Positions 45,894 through 55,416 of a DNA stretch of 64,000 nt are shown here, in pieces. The first letter of the stretch is position 1. The number at the start of each line of letters is the position of its first letter. Origin of the DNA: Patescibacteria group bacterium. GTDB lineage: Bacteria > Patescibacteriota > Microgenomatia > 0-14-0-10-38-17. Under the pieces are notes generated by a model, which saw only the letters and a program-made list of their open reading frames with translations, searched no databases and was not told the DNA's origin. Position numbers and translations under genes: made by a program. The stretch is from positions 74,132 to 138,131 of the forward strand of contig JBMNNJ010000001.1 in assembly GCA_050953885.1 (NCBI GenBank), in the 5' to 3' direction.

Positions 45894-46887
45894 AGAAAAA
45901 GCAAAAATTGCCGTTATTATTTTAAATTGGAATCAAATTGATTTAACGCTGGCATGTTTGAAATCAGTTTTTCAGTCTAGAGCCGATGGACAAATTGAAA
46001 TTGAGGCGATCGTGATTGATAATGGTTCAACAGATAACTCAAAAAAGCGCCTGAAAGAAATTCAAGAGAGAAGAAATTTATCCCGCCAAGGGCGGGGTGA
46101 AATTAGGATTTCGCGAAGCAAATTTCCCAATTTCAAGGTTATTTTTAATAAAGAGAATCTTGGCTTTGCCGGCGGGAATAATGTGGGCATCCGTTATGCG
46201 CTAAAAAAAGGAGCCGATTTTGTTTTTATTTTAAATAACGACACCGAGATTAAAAATGATTGTCTTTTAAATTTATGGCAGACTTTTGAGGAGGAGGAAA
46301 AAATTGGCATTGTTTCTCCCAAAATTTATTATGCCCCGGGGTTTGAGTTTCATAAAAAAAGATACCAAAAAAAAGACTTAGGAAAGGTGATTTGGTATGC
46401 TGGTGGAAAAATTGACTGGGATAATGTTTTAGGCCGCCATTTGGGAGTAGATGAAGTTGACCAAGGTCAGTATGAAAAAAAGGAGGAAAACGAATTTGCC
46501 ACCGGCTGTGCTTTTATGGCCAAAAGAGCGGTGTTTGAGAATGTTGGCCTTTTTGACGAGCGATTTTTTCTTTATCTTGAAGATTTAGATTTTTCTTATC
46601 GAGTTGTCAAAGCTGGTTTTAAGCTTGTTTTTAATCCTCAAGCGATTGTTTGGCATAAAAATGCCGGCTCATCCTCAGCCGGTTCGGCTTTGCAAACCTA
46701 TTATTTTACCCGCAACCGCCTTCTTTTTGCCCAAAAACACGCCCCGTTAAAACTAAAACTTTTGGTTTATCGCCAGGCCTTAGAAAAAATGCGGCAGGGA
46801 AGCAAGATAGAAAAAGAGGCGGGACGGGATTTTTTTAAAAGGCGCTTTGAATTTCAAGAAATTGATAAAATAAAAGGAAATGATTAA
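45886..46887 (+). CDS. GT2 glycosyltransferase (rhamnosyltransferase-like)
   Basis: ILNWN, DNGSTD, NLGFAGGNN, LNNDT, FDERFFLYLED. Confidence 0.9.
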   Translation: MAKEKAKIAVIILNWNQIDLTLACLKSVFQSRADGQIEIEAIVIDNGSTDNSKKRLKEIQERRNLSRQGRGEIRISRSKFPNFKVIFNKENLGFAGGNNVGIRYALKKGADFVFILNNDTEIKNDCLLNLWQTFEEEEKIGIVSPKIYYAPGFEFHKKRYQKKDLGKVIWYAGGKIDWDNVLGRHLGVDEVDQGQYEKKEENEFATGCAFMAKRAVFENVGLFDERFFLYLEDLDFSYRVVKAGFKLVFNPQAIVWHKNAGSSSAGSALQTYYFTRNRLLFAQKHAPLKLKLLVYRQALEKMRQGSKIEKEAGRDFFKRRFEFQEIDKIKGND

Positions 46888-47653
46888 AAATTCTTTAAAG
46901 ATTTCCGTCAACATTATTGTTCGTAATGAAGAAAAGCGAATTAAGGAGTGTCTTCTTTCGGCGCGTTTGATTGCCGATGAGATTATTTTGGTGGATATGG
47001 AGTCGGACGACAAAACCGTAGAGATTGCCAAAAAATATGCCGATAAAATTTATTCTTATTCCCAAGTAGGCTATGTTGAGCCGGCGCGCAACTTTGGTAT
47101 CAAAAAATGTTCTGGCGATTGGATTTTTATTTTGGATGCCGACGAGCGGATCACTCCCGAGTTGGCAAACGAAATTATGCAAACTTTGCCTCAAACTTCG
47201 GAAAGTGTTGGCGCTTTTGCTATTCCCCGGGCCAATTATAATTTTGGTGTTTGGCTAAAGCATGGCGGTTGGTGGCCGGATTATCAAGTTCGGCTTTTAA
47301 GAAAGAAAAGTTTCGTTGTTTGGCCGGAGGCGATTCATAGTTTTCCGAAATTTAAAGGCGAGCAGAAAAAATTAAATAATCCCTTTAGACATTTGGCTAA
47401 TGAGAATATTGAGGGAATGGTGGAGAAAACTATTAATTATTCTCAAAAAGAAGCAAATCTTATTTTTGCCGGCGGCGAAAAAGTTAGCGCTTTAACTATT
47501 CTTAAAAAAATGCTGGCGGAATTTTTCCGGCGAGGAATTAAGAAGGGGGGCGTTTTGGATAAGACTGCTGGTATTATCCAAAGCCTTTACCAGGCTTTTG
47601 CGGTTATGTGTACTTATATTTTTCTTTGGGAGAAACAGCATGAAAATCAGTAA
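46880..47653 (+). CDS. GT2 glycosyltransferase
   Basis: RNEE, DMESDD, EPARN, LDADER, WWPDYQ. Confidence 0.9.
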   Translation: MIKNSLKISVNIIVRNEEKRIKECLLSARLIADEIILVDMESDDKTVEIAKKYADKIYSYSQVGYVEPARNFGIKKCSGDWIFILDADERITPELANEIMQTLPQTSESVGAFAIPRANYNFGVWLKHGGWWPDYQVRLLRKKSFVVWPEAIHSFPKFKGEQKKLNNPFRHLANENIEGMVEKTINYSQKEANLIFAGGEKVSALTILKKMLAEFFRRGIKKGGVLDKTAGIIQSLYQAFAVMCTYIFLWEKQHENQ

Positions 47654-48323
47654 TTTTTTTCTTCCTTTTGATATTTTTTGTCGGCATAAGACAGTGGCTA
47701 GGTTAATTGGTAATCAGGAGGGAGAAATATTGGATGTGGGTGGAGGTGTGAAGGGGCTAAACCGTTTTGTTAAAAATAAGGTGGTGGTGAGCAATTTAAA
47801 AGAGGGCGATGTTTTGGCTGATGGGCGGGCCCTCCCTTTTGCTGATAATTCTTTTTCCTTGGTTACCAGTATTGATGTGTTAGAACATGTTCCACCTCAG
47901 GATCGAGAAAAATTCGTAAGCGAGCTGAAACGTGTCGCTAAAAAAAGAGTGATTTTATCTTTTCCTTTAGGAACAAAGACTCATATTAGGGCAGAAAAAG
48001 AACTCAAGGATTTTTTAGAAAAAAAGGGGGAAGAGGTTGGCTATCTTGAAGAGCATATTGCCAATGGCTTGCCGACGCTTAAAGAATTAGAAAAAATCTT
48101 AAAAAACCATTCTTTTCAGATTTTCTTTGGGGAAAACTTTAACCTTAATAATTTTTTATTTAAAGTCCAGTTTAGTTTAGGCGAAAAAAGAGTTTTAGGA
48201 AGATTTTATTTTTATTTCCAAAAATTAATTAACTTCTTGCTTAATGTTTTTTATTATCCGTTTTCCCTTTCCAAAAAACCACGCCGCTTTACTAATCGCG
48301 CTTATGTAGTGATTAATAAGTGA
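47640..48323 (+). CDS. class I SAM-dependent methyltransferase
   Basis: ILDVGGG, DG..LPFADNSF, DVLEH. Confidence 0.85.
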   Translation: MKISNFFLPFDIFCRHKTVARLIGNQEGEILDVGGGVKGLNRFVKNKVVVSNLKEGDVLADGRALPFADNSFSLVTSIDVLEHVPPQDREKFVSELKRVAKKRVILSFPLGTKTHIRAEKELKDFLEKKGEEVGYLEEHIANGLPTLKELEKILKNHSFQIFFGENFNLNNFLFKVQFSLGEKRVLGRFYFYFQKLINFLLNVFYYPFSLSKKPRRFTNRAYVVINK

Positions 48324-48372
48324 TAATCTAATTATTATATATAATATTATTTCAATTCATTAAATAATATCA

Positions 48373-49437
48373 ATGAAAAAGGCCGTTTTTTTTGATCCCT
48401 ATCTTGATACTTTAGGCGGTGGTGAGCGTTATACTTTAACTTTTGCCAGGATACTTTTGGATGAAGGCTGGCAGGTTTCTCTTCTTTGGAAAAAAGACGA
48501 CATTTTGAAAAAAGCCGAAGAAAGATTTAATCTTAACTTAGGGAAAATAGAAATTTTTCCTTTAGAAATTCTTAATAATAGTCTTACTCAAAAATATCAT
48601 TTTTTTAAAGATTATCAGCTTTATTTTCATCTTTCCGACGGTAGTGTTCCCCTGATGTTTGCCCAAAAGAACTTGCTCCATTTTCAGGTGCCTTTTAAGA
48701 AGACAGGAGGAAGGAGTTTTTCTAACCGCTTAAAATTAAAATTGGTTAATGAAGTTGTTTGTAACTCTTTTTTTACCAAAAAAATTATTGACAAGGAATT
48801 TGGGGTAGAAAGTCAGGTGCTTTATCCGCCGGTGGCGGTAGAAGATTTTTATAACCACGAGCAAAAAGAAAAAGTTATTTTAGCTGTCGGCCGCTTTGAA
48901 CAAACGATGCAAGCCAAAAAGCAGGATGTTTTGGTGGAAGTTTTTAAAAAAATGGTCGATAGCGGTTTGAGAGATTGGCAATTGGTGTTGGCAGGAGCTT
49001 CTCTTTCAGAAGAAGGGGAAAATGAATTTCTTGGAAGATTAAAAAAAGAAGCCAATGGTTATCCGGTTTCTTTTATGGTTAATATCCCTTTTCAAGAACT
49101 GAAAAAACTTTATTGGCAGGCGGCTATTTTTTGGCATGCGGCAGGGTTTGGTGTTAATGAGAAAGAAAATCCGGAAAAAGTGGAACACTTTGGGATGACT
49201 ACCATTGAGGCTATCGCCGCCGGCTGTTGGCCTTTAGTTTATGAAGCCGGGGGCCAGCGGGAAATTTTTGCCTCTTTTCCCCAAAAAAATCTTTGTTTAT
49301 GGCATTCTCAAGAAGAACTGGCGGCCAAAACTTTGGCAGTGATTGAAAACCAGCCTTCAAACAAAGAACTAAGTTCTTTAGCTAAAAAATTTTCGGTAGA
49401 AAGTTTTGCCGAAAATGTTAAAAAAATTATCTATTAA
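48373..49437 (+). CDS. GT4 glycosyltransferase (ALG11-like)
   Basis: GGGERY, CNSFFT, LYPPV, VGRF..K, EHFGMTTIEA. Confidence 0.88.
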   Translation: MKKAVFFDPYLDTLGGGERYTLTFARILLDEGWQVSLLWKKDDILKKAEERFNLNLGKIEIFPLEILNNSLTQKYHFFKDYQLYFHLSDGSVPLMFAQKNLLHFQVPFKKTGGRSFSNRLKLKLVNEVVCNSFFTKKIIDKEFGVESQVLYPPVAVEDFYNHEQKEKVILAVGRFEQTMQAKKQDVLVEVFKKMVDSGLRDWQLVLAGASLSEEGENEFLGRLKKEANGYPVSFMVNIPFQELKKLYWQAAIFWHAAGFGVNEKENPEKVEHFGMTTIEAIAAGCWPLVYEAGGQREIFASFPQKNLCLWHSQEELAAKTLAVIENQPSNKELSSLAKKFSVESFAENVKKIIY

Positions 49438-49441
49438 ATAA

Positions 49442-50353
49442 ATGAAAAGCGTTTCTATTATTATCCCCAACTGGAACGGCGAACGACAGTTAAAGAAAAA
49501 TTTGCCTTTATTATTTAATGTATTGGCTAAATTTAACGGGGAAAGCGAAATAATTATTATTGATGATCAGTCGGAAGATGGCTCCAGAGGATATCTTAAA
49601 AAGATGCGGAATCAGAAAAAACTTAGGCTTATTTTTAATAATAAGAATCTTGGTTTTGGCGGGAGCGTTAATAGGGGGGTAAGGGCGGCGCGATATGATA
49701 TTGTGTTTTTACTTAACACCGATGTGGAGGCGAAAACGGGTTGTTTTGAGCACATTTTGCCTCATTTTGAAAAAAAAGATGTTTTTGGAGTAGGAGCGAA
49801 TGCCGATTGGTTGGTGGGGCGGGGCCAATTTATTAACGGTTATTTTGATATTTCTTCGCCCATAAAAATAAAAAAAACTTGCCAAGAAGCGCAACCTTCA
49901 TTTTGGGTTTCCGGGGGCCATAGCGCTTTTAGGAAAAATCTTTGGGAAAAATTAGGCGGTCTTGACCCTCTTTACGCGCCCTTTTATTTTGAAGAAACCG
50001 ATCTTTGCTACCGCGCCTGGAAACGAGGCTGGAAAGTGCTTTTGGAGCCCAAGGCGCCGGTTTTACACAAGCACGAGGAAAGCGTGATTCGTCAAAATTT
50101 TTCGCCCCGGCATATTAGTTCTGTTGCCCAAAGAAACCAATTAATTTTTATCTGGAAAAACATCACCGATGAGAATATGTTTGCCGAACATAAAAAGGCC
50201 CTGATAAAGCGATTAGCCAAAAAGCCTTCTTATTTTAAGGTTTTTTTGACGGCGGCAAAAAAATGGCCGGAAATTAAAAGAAAACGAGCGATTGAAGAAA
50301 AAGAGATGGTTTTAACGGATAAAGAAATATTTGATAAATTTAAGATGAGATAG
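49442..50353 (+). CDS. GT2 glycosyltransferase
   Basis: IIPNWNG, NLGFG..N.G, LLNTD, PFYFEETDL.YRAWKRG. Confidence 0.9.
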   Translation: MKSVSIIIPNWNGERQLKKNLPLLFNVLAKFNGESEIIIIDDQSEDGSRGYLKKMRNQKKLRLIFNNKNLGFGGSVNRGVRAARYDIVFLLNTDVEAKTGCFEHILPHFEKKDVFGVGANADWLVGRGQFINGYFDISSPIKIKKTCQEAQPSFWVSGGHSAFRKNLWEKLGGLDPLYAPFYFEETDLCYRAWKRGWKVLLEPKAPVLHKHEESVIRQNFSPRHISSVAQRNQLIFIWKNITDENMFAEHKKALIKRLAKKPSYFKVFLTAAKKWPEIKRKRAIEEKEMVLTDKEIFDKFKMR

Positions 50354-50385
50354 AAATAATAAACGGTAATTGTTTTTTATGATGA

Positions 50386-50725
50386 AAATTAAAGTCAAAA
50401 CAATCTAAATGCAAAGCGCGATCCGCCAGCTGGCGGACAGGATCTACCGTTCTTTAGACATTAATAACGATTCTGAATCAAGTTCAGAATGACGCTAATC
50501 GTAACCGTCATCCTGACGAAAGTCAGGATCTTTCCTTGTCATTAACACAGATTCCGGATCAAGTCCGGAATGACGGTTTCCGAGTTCGTCATTCTGACGA
50601 ATTCGCCAGCGGGCGGATTAAACTTTAAAAAGTTTTAACATTTACCATGTAGTTTTGCCATTTGACATTTGCGTTTTGAGATTTGAGTTTGTTTTTCGTG
50701 TCCATTCGTTTCTTATTCGTTTTGG
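50386..50725. repeat. heptamer element split by a CGTC-REP cluster bracketed by two TCCGCCAGCTGGCGGA-type sites
   Basis: Palindromes at 50422-50437 and 50602-50617 with CGTC REPs between. Heptamer tracts lie outside. Confidence 0.88.
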
Positions 50726-50749
50726 TTCATGTCTTTTAGCAATGAAACA

Positions 50750-53323
50750 ATGAAGCAGTCTAAGCCTCTTTTATCAATCATCATCGTTTCCTACAACACC
50801 CGGGAGCTTTTGGAAAAATGCCTTAACTCCGTGGTTAAATCATTAGCCGGCTCTAATCTTAAAAGCAACCAAGAAAAGATCCTGAACCAAGTTCAGGATG
50901 ACGCTAATCGCAACCGTCATCCTGACGATCCGCCAGCTGGCGGACAGGATCTGCCCTTGACCGAAATCATCGTTGTTGATAATAATTCCCGCGACGATTC
51001 GGTAGAAATGCTTCAAAATTTAAAATTGAAACTTGAAAATTCATTGAAAATTCAAAACTTAAAATTGAAAATTATTGTTAATAACGATAATCTTGGCTTT
51101 GCCAAGGCGGTTAATCAGGGAATTAAGAAAAGCCGAGGAGAATACTTGCTTCTTTTGAATTCCGACACGATTGTTCCTCCTCAAACTTTAGAAAAAATGA
51201 TTGAATTTGCCAGAAAGAAAAAAGACGCGGGCATTATTGCCCCCAAACTCTTAGATAAAAATGGAAAAACCTCCCAACCTTCCTGCTACCGTTTGCCGGC
51301 AATTAAGGGAGCCGTTAAAGAATTTTGGTTAGGGGAAAAAGGTGCTTTTGGAAAATATCTTCCCCGTGGCGGCAATCCGGTTAAGCCAGAAGCGGTGGTA
51401 GGGGCGGCGATGCTTATTCCCCGAGCCGTTTATGATGTGGTGGGCGAGTTTGACGAAAAATATTTTATGTATTATGAGGATTTAGACTATTGCCGCCGTG
51501 TTAGAGAAGCGGGATTTGCGGTTTATTATTTACCAACCGCTAAGATTATTCATTATCATGGTCAAAGCGGCCAAAAAGAGCCTCAAAAAGTTAATCGCCA
51601 TCTTATTGAAAGCAGTAAAAAATATCATGGCCGCCTAAAACATTTTTTCTTAAATGCCATCATTCGCCTTGGTCAGGCTAAAAAGTTTTTGCCGCTTATC
51701 CTTTTGGTTTTGGCAATGTTGGTCTGGTCGGTTCATCATTTATATTTTTTAAAACCTGCTTTTCCAAAAACCCATGATGGCCATTTTCACCTTATTCGTT
51801 TAGCTGAATTTGACCGATCTTTCAAAGCAGGTATTATTCCCCCTCGCTGGGCACCGGGTTTGGCCAATGGTTTGGGAGCGCCAGTTTTTAATTATTTTTA
51901 TCCCTTGGTTTATTACCTGGGAGAAGGATTTCATCTTTTGGGCTTTTCTTTTGCTTCCTCTCTTAAATTGGTGGCCGCTCTTTCTTGCTTTGCGGCTTTT
52001 TTCTTTAGCTTTCTTTTCTTTAAACTTTTTTTTGCTACCCTATCAAGTTTCTTGGGGGCAAGTTTAGTGGTTTATGCTCCCTACAGCTTTCTTAATCTTT
52101 TTGTGCGCGGAGAATTTCCAGAAATTTTGGCCCTTTGCCTTTTACCGGCAATTTTCTGGGCCACCACCAAGGCGGTTTTAAATAAAGAAAAAAACCGCCA
52201 TTTTCTTTTAGCCGCTCTTCCTTGGGCGTTGATAATTTTATCCCACAATATTATTGCCCTGCTAGCTACTGTCTGGTTGATAATTTTTTTATTTTTAGTT
52301 TTAATCAGGGATAGAAAAGCCGCTAAAAAAACAATTTTTATTTTTTTGTTATCGCTTGCTTTAAGCGCCTTTTTTTGGATACCGGCATTGGGAGAAATGA
52401 AATATGTTCATCTGGGTTATGATGAAGTTTTTTCCTGGTGGGACCATTTTCCCACTCTTAGGCAGTTAATTTATTCTCCTTGGGGGCATGGTTATTCTTA
52501 TCCGGGACAAAGCGATGAAATGTCTTTTCAAATTGGCTTACCCCATCTTTTTCTTTCCCTATCGGCAGGGATACTTCTTTTAATCCAGCTTTTCAAAGAC
52601 AAGAAAAATTTTTGGAAAAGCTGGAAAAATCTAGCCATTTTTTTCTTTGCCTTTTCTTCTTTTACCTTTATCTTTTTAATGAATCACCGCTCTTCTTTTT
52701 TCTGGCAAACGCTTCCTTTTCTTTCCCGGGTCCAGTTTCCGTGGCGGTTTTTGGGATTTTTAAATTTTTCTCTTTGTTTCTTAATTACTTTTTTCTTAGA
52801 ACAGCTTTTATCTTTTTCAAAAGAAAAAATCGCCTTGCCAGTTATTTTTCTTATTTTTATCGGAACATTTTTTGCTTATTTTGGTTATATCCGGCCGGAA
52901 AGTTATCTTACTCAAGAAGTAATCTTTAATTCAAATGAAGTGCGGGAAACCACTACCAATGCCAATGAAATTTTACCGATTTGGGCGCCAAAAGATAGTT
53001 ATCAAAATATTAATTTAACCAATACAATAGAGTGTAAAGAGTTTTCCTGCGAAACATCAACTGCCTTTAACCAAGAAAAAGAAGTTATTTTCAGAAAATT
53101 TTATTTTCCTTCTTGGCAGGGAAAAATTGATGACTTTCCTTTAAGGCTTTATCCTCAAGAAAAAACAGGCTTGATAGCCGCGCTGGTTCCGGCCGGAAAT
53201 CATCAGGTTAGGATAGAGTGGGGGAAAACTAATCTTGAAAGGGCGGCCGATTATATCAGTCTTGCTTCGCTTGTCTTTTTGTTTTCTTTTATTACGATCT
53301 TTAAAAAGAAAAAATTAACTTGA
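50750..53323 (+). CDS. GT2 glycosyltransferase fused to a PTPS-related GT-C membrane domain (paralog 2)
   Basis: N-terminus has IIVSYN, DNNS.D, NLGFAK, LLNSD, FMYYED. C-terminus has THDG..H..R, PPRWA, RGEFPE, VQFPWRFLG. Contains in-frame repeat insertions. Confidence 0.85.
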   Translation: MKQSKPLLSIIIVSYNTRELLEKCLNSVVKSLAGSNLKSNQEKILNQVQDDANRNRHPDDPPAGGQDLPLTEIIVVDNNSRDDSVEMLQNLKLKLENSLKIQNLKLKIIVNNDNLGFAKAVNQGIKKSRGEYLLLLNSDTIVPPQTLEKMIEFARKKKDAGIIAPKLLDKNGKTSQPSCYRLPAIKGAVKEFWLGEKGAFGKYLPRGGNPVKPEAVVGAAMLIPRAVYDVVGEFDEKYFMYYEDLDYCRRVREAGFAVYYLPTAKIIHYHGQSGQKEPQKVNRHLIESSKKYHGRLKHFFLNAIIRLGQAKKFLPLILLVLAMLVWSVHHLYFLKPAFPKTHDGHFHLIRLAEFDRSFKAGIIPPRWAPGLANGLGAPVFNYFYPLVYYLGEGFHLLGFSFASSLKLVAALSCFAAFFFSFLFFKLFFATLSSFLGASLVVYAPYSFLNLFVRGEFPEILALCLLPAIFWATTKAVLNKEKNRHFLLAALPWALIILSHNIIALLATVWLIIFLFLVLIRDRKAAKKTIFIFLLSLALSAFFWIPALGEMKYVHLGYDEVFSWWDHFPTLRQLIYSPWGHGYSYPGQSDEMSFQIGLPHLFLSLSAGILLLIQLFKDKKNFWKSWKNLAIFFFAFSSFTFIFLMNHRSSFFWQTLPFLSRVQFPWRFLGFLNFSLCFLITFFLEQLLSFSKEKIALPVIFLIFIGTFFAYFGYIRPESYLTQEVIFNSNEVRETTTNANEILPIWAPKDSYQNINLTNTIECKEFSCETSTAFNQEKEVIFRKFYFPSWQGKIDDFPLRLYPQEKTGLIAALVPAGNHQVRIEWGKTNLERAADYISLASLVFLFSFITIFKKKKLT

Positions 53324-53401
53324 GTTATATCCAAATCTTTATGGCAAAACGTAATTTTGCCTCTTGGCCCCGTATAATTTTGGTACGGGACTTGACGAGT
53401 T

Positions 53402-53601
53402 CGTCATCCTGACGAAAGTCAGGATCTGCCTTTGGCATTAACACAGATTCCGGATCAAGTCCGGAATGACGGTTTCCGAGTTTGTCGTTCTGACTCCTCT
53501 TACCGTCATTCTGACAATCCGCCAGCTGGCGGACAGGATCTGCCTCTTTCTGACGATAAGGCAGATTATAAGACAGATTCTGAATTAAATTCAGCATGAC
53601 G
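53402..53601. repeat. CGTC-tagged REP cluster with a TCCGCCAGCTGGCGGA insertion (53518-53533)
   Basis: CGTCATCCTGACGAAAGTCAGGATCT and GATTCCGGATCAAGTCCGGAATGACG. Near-identical to the block at about 50505-50590. Confidence 0.9.
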
Positions 53602-53717
53602 ACCAGGGGATTATTTATGTTATTATTTTTTTAGTTTTTTCTTTGGGAGTAATTTTATTTACCCGAGGATATTGGTGGGGGTAAAAAATATTAATTATCA
53701 GGTGTTATACGCGGTGT

Positions 53718-55400
53718 ATGGCAAAATTGAGAATTTTTAAGAAACCAGTTTTCTGGTTAGTATTGATTTTGGCTTTAGCGGCTTTTTTAAGGTTTTATAA
53801 AATCGACCAGGTGCCACCTTCGTTAAATTGGGACGAGGTGGCCATTGGCTATAATGCCTACTCAATTTTAAAAACCGGCAAGGATGAGTGGGGCGTGCCT
53901 TTTCCTCTTTTAGGTTTTGAGTCGTTTGGAGAATACAAGTTGCCTCTTTTTATTTACGCGACTATCCCTGGAGTGGGAATTTTTGGCTTAAATGAATTGG
54001 GGGTGCGATTTGCACCGGCGCTTTTTGGGGTCGTTGGGGTTTGGGCCGCCTATCTTTTGGCCAAAGAGATGTTTAAAAAAGAAAAAGTTGCCCTTTTAAC
54101 CGCCTTTATTCTTGCCGTTGACATTTGGCATCTTCAAATTACCCGTGTTGCCTTTGAAGCCGGCCTTGCCCAGCTTTTAATCTGCTTTTCCATTCTTTTC
54201 TTGCTTAAATCAGAGAAAAAATGGTTTTTTTTGCCCCTTTCCTTTTTGATGGCCTGCCTTGCCGTTTATACTTATAATTCTTCCCGCACCTTTATTCCTC
54301 TCTTTTTTGCTTTTGCTTTTCTTTTAAGGCCCCGCTTATTTTTAAAAAATAAAAAGGGGCTTTTTTGGGGCGCAGTAATTATTTTGCTTTTTGCTGTTCC
54401 TCTTCTTTTAAATTATCACAAGCCTGTTGTTCAGGGCCGTTATCAATTAATCAGTATTCAAAGCGATCCGGGTTTTATTCTTACCATTAATCAAAAAAGA
54501 GGAGAACTTTTAGAAAAAGGCTGGCCGCCGGCCTTGGCGCGTTTGGTTCATAATAAAGCCACTCATTATGTTTGGAGTTTTTCTAAATATTATTTTCTTC
54601 ACTTTACCCCCTCTTTTCTATTTATTGAAGGCGCCGAGCACACCCAGCAAAGTGTTCCCGGGTTGGGTCAATTTCTTTGGTTTTGGGGGCCATTTTTGCT
54701 TCTGGGAACAATAATTACTCTCAAGAAGGTGATTAGAAAGAAAAGTTTTCCAAGTAAACTCCTTTTTTTACAGATATTGGTCTCGCCGGTAGGCACGGCA
54801 ATGACTATCAACGCCAACCCCCATGCCCTGCGAACTTTTTGTGGTTTACCGGCTTGGCAAATTATTATTGCTATAGGCGTTGGCGAAGCGATCATTCTTC
54901 TTAAAAAAATTAGAAAACCATTACTTCAATATATAATAGGAGTGGGGATGACGATTCTTTTTTTAGCTAACTTTGCCTATTATTTACATCAGTATTATTT
55001 AGTGTATCCCAAAGAATATGCTCACGATTGGCAATATGGTTATAAAGAAGCGGTTTTTTATGTTTGGGAAAACCACGACCAGTATGACAAAGTATTTTTT
55101 GCCCGTGATTATGGGGAACCATATATTTTCTTTCTTTTTTACACAAAATACCCTCCCCAAGCTTATCAGCAAGCCAGCAAAGAACGAGTGGAGCGTTATA
55201 ATTGGGTTTGGGTAGACCGGATTGAAAAATTTTATTTTCCTGACTTTAGCGAACCGGGAAGCTCAGTTTTGGAAATTGCCCGCCGGGAAAAAGAGAGACT
55301 TCTTTTTGTCGGCTTATCCGGTGATTTGCCTCAAGAATGGATAGAAAAAGTGGTCAGGTTTCCAAATGGCAAGGTGGCCTTTGAAATTGGCAAACCTTAA
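53718..55400 (+). CDS. GT-C (PMT/ArnT-like) membrane glycosyltransferase
   Basis: LRFY..VPPSLNWDE..GYNAYSI..TG.DEWG, YKLP, R.AFE. Confidence 0.87.
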   Translation: MAKLRIFKKPVFWLVLILALAAFLRFYKIDQVPPSLNWDEVAIGYNAYSILKTGKDEWGVPFPLLGFESFGEYKLPLFIYATIPGVGIFGLNELGVRFAPALFGVVGVWAAYLLAKEMFKKEKVALLTAFILAVDIWHLQITRVAFEAGLAQLLICFSILFLLKSEKKWFFLPLSFLMACLAVYTYNSSRTFIPLFFAFAFLLRPRLFLKNKKGLFWGAVIILLFAVPLLLNYHKPVVQGRYQLISIQSDPGFILTINQKRGELLEKGWPPALARLVHNKATHYVWSFSKYYFLHFTPSFLFIEGAEHTQQSVPGLGQFLWFWGPFLLLGTIITLKKVIRKKSFPSKLLFLQILVSPVGTAMTINANPHALRTFCGLPAWQIIIAIGVGEAIILLKKIRKPLLQYIIGVGMTILFLANFAYYLHQYYLVYPKEYAHDWQYGYKEAVFYVWENHDQYDKVFFARDYGEPYIFFLFYTKYPPQAYQQASKERVERYNWVWVDRIEKFYFPDFSEPGSSVLEIARREKERLLFVGLSGDLPQEWIEKVVRFPNGKVAFEIGKP

Positions 55401-55416
55401 TAAAAAAAATTTTAAA

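Noticed and set aside
53325-53597. 90-aa minus-strand ORF
   Set aside because: Mostly translated REP cluster (RHSGLDPES, DPDFRQDD, DPVRQLAD); not a credible gene.
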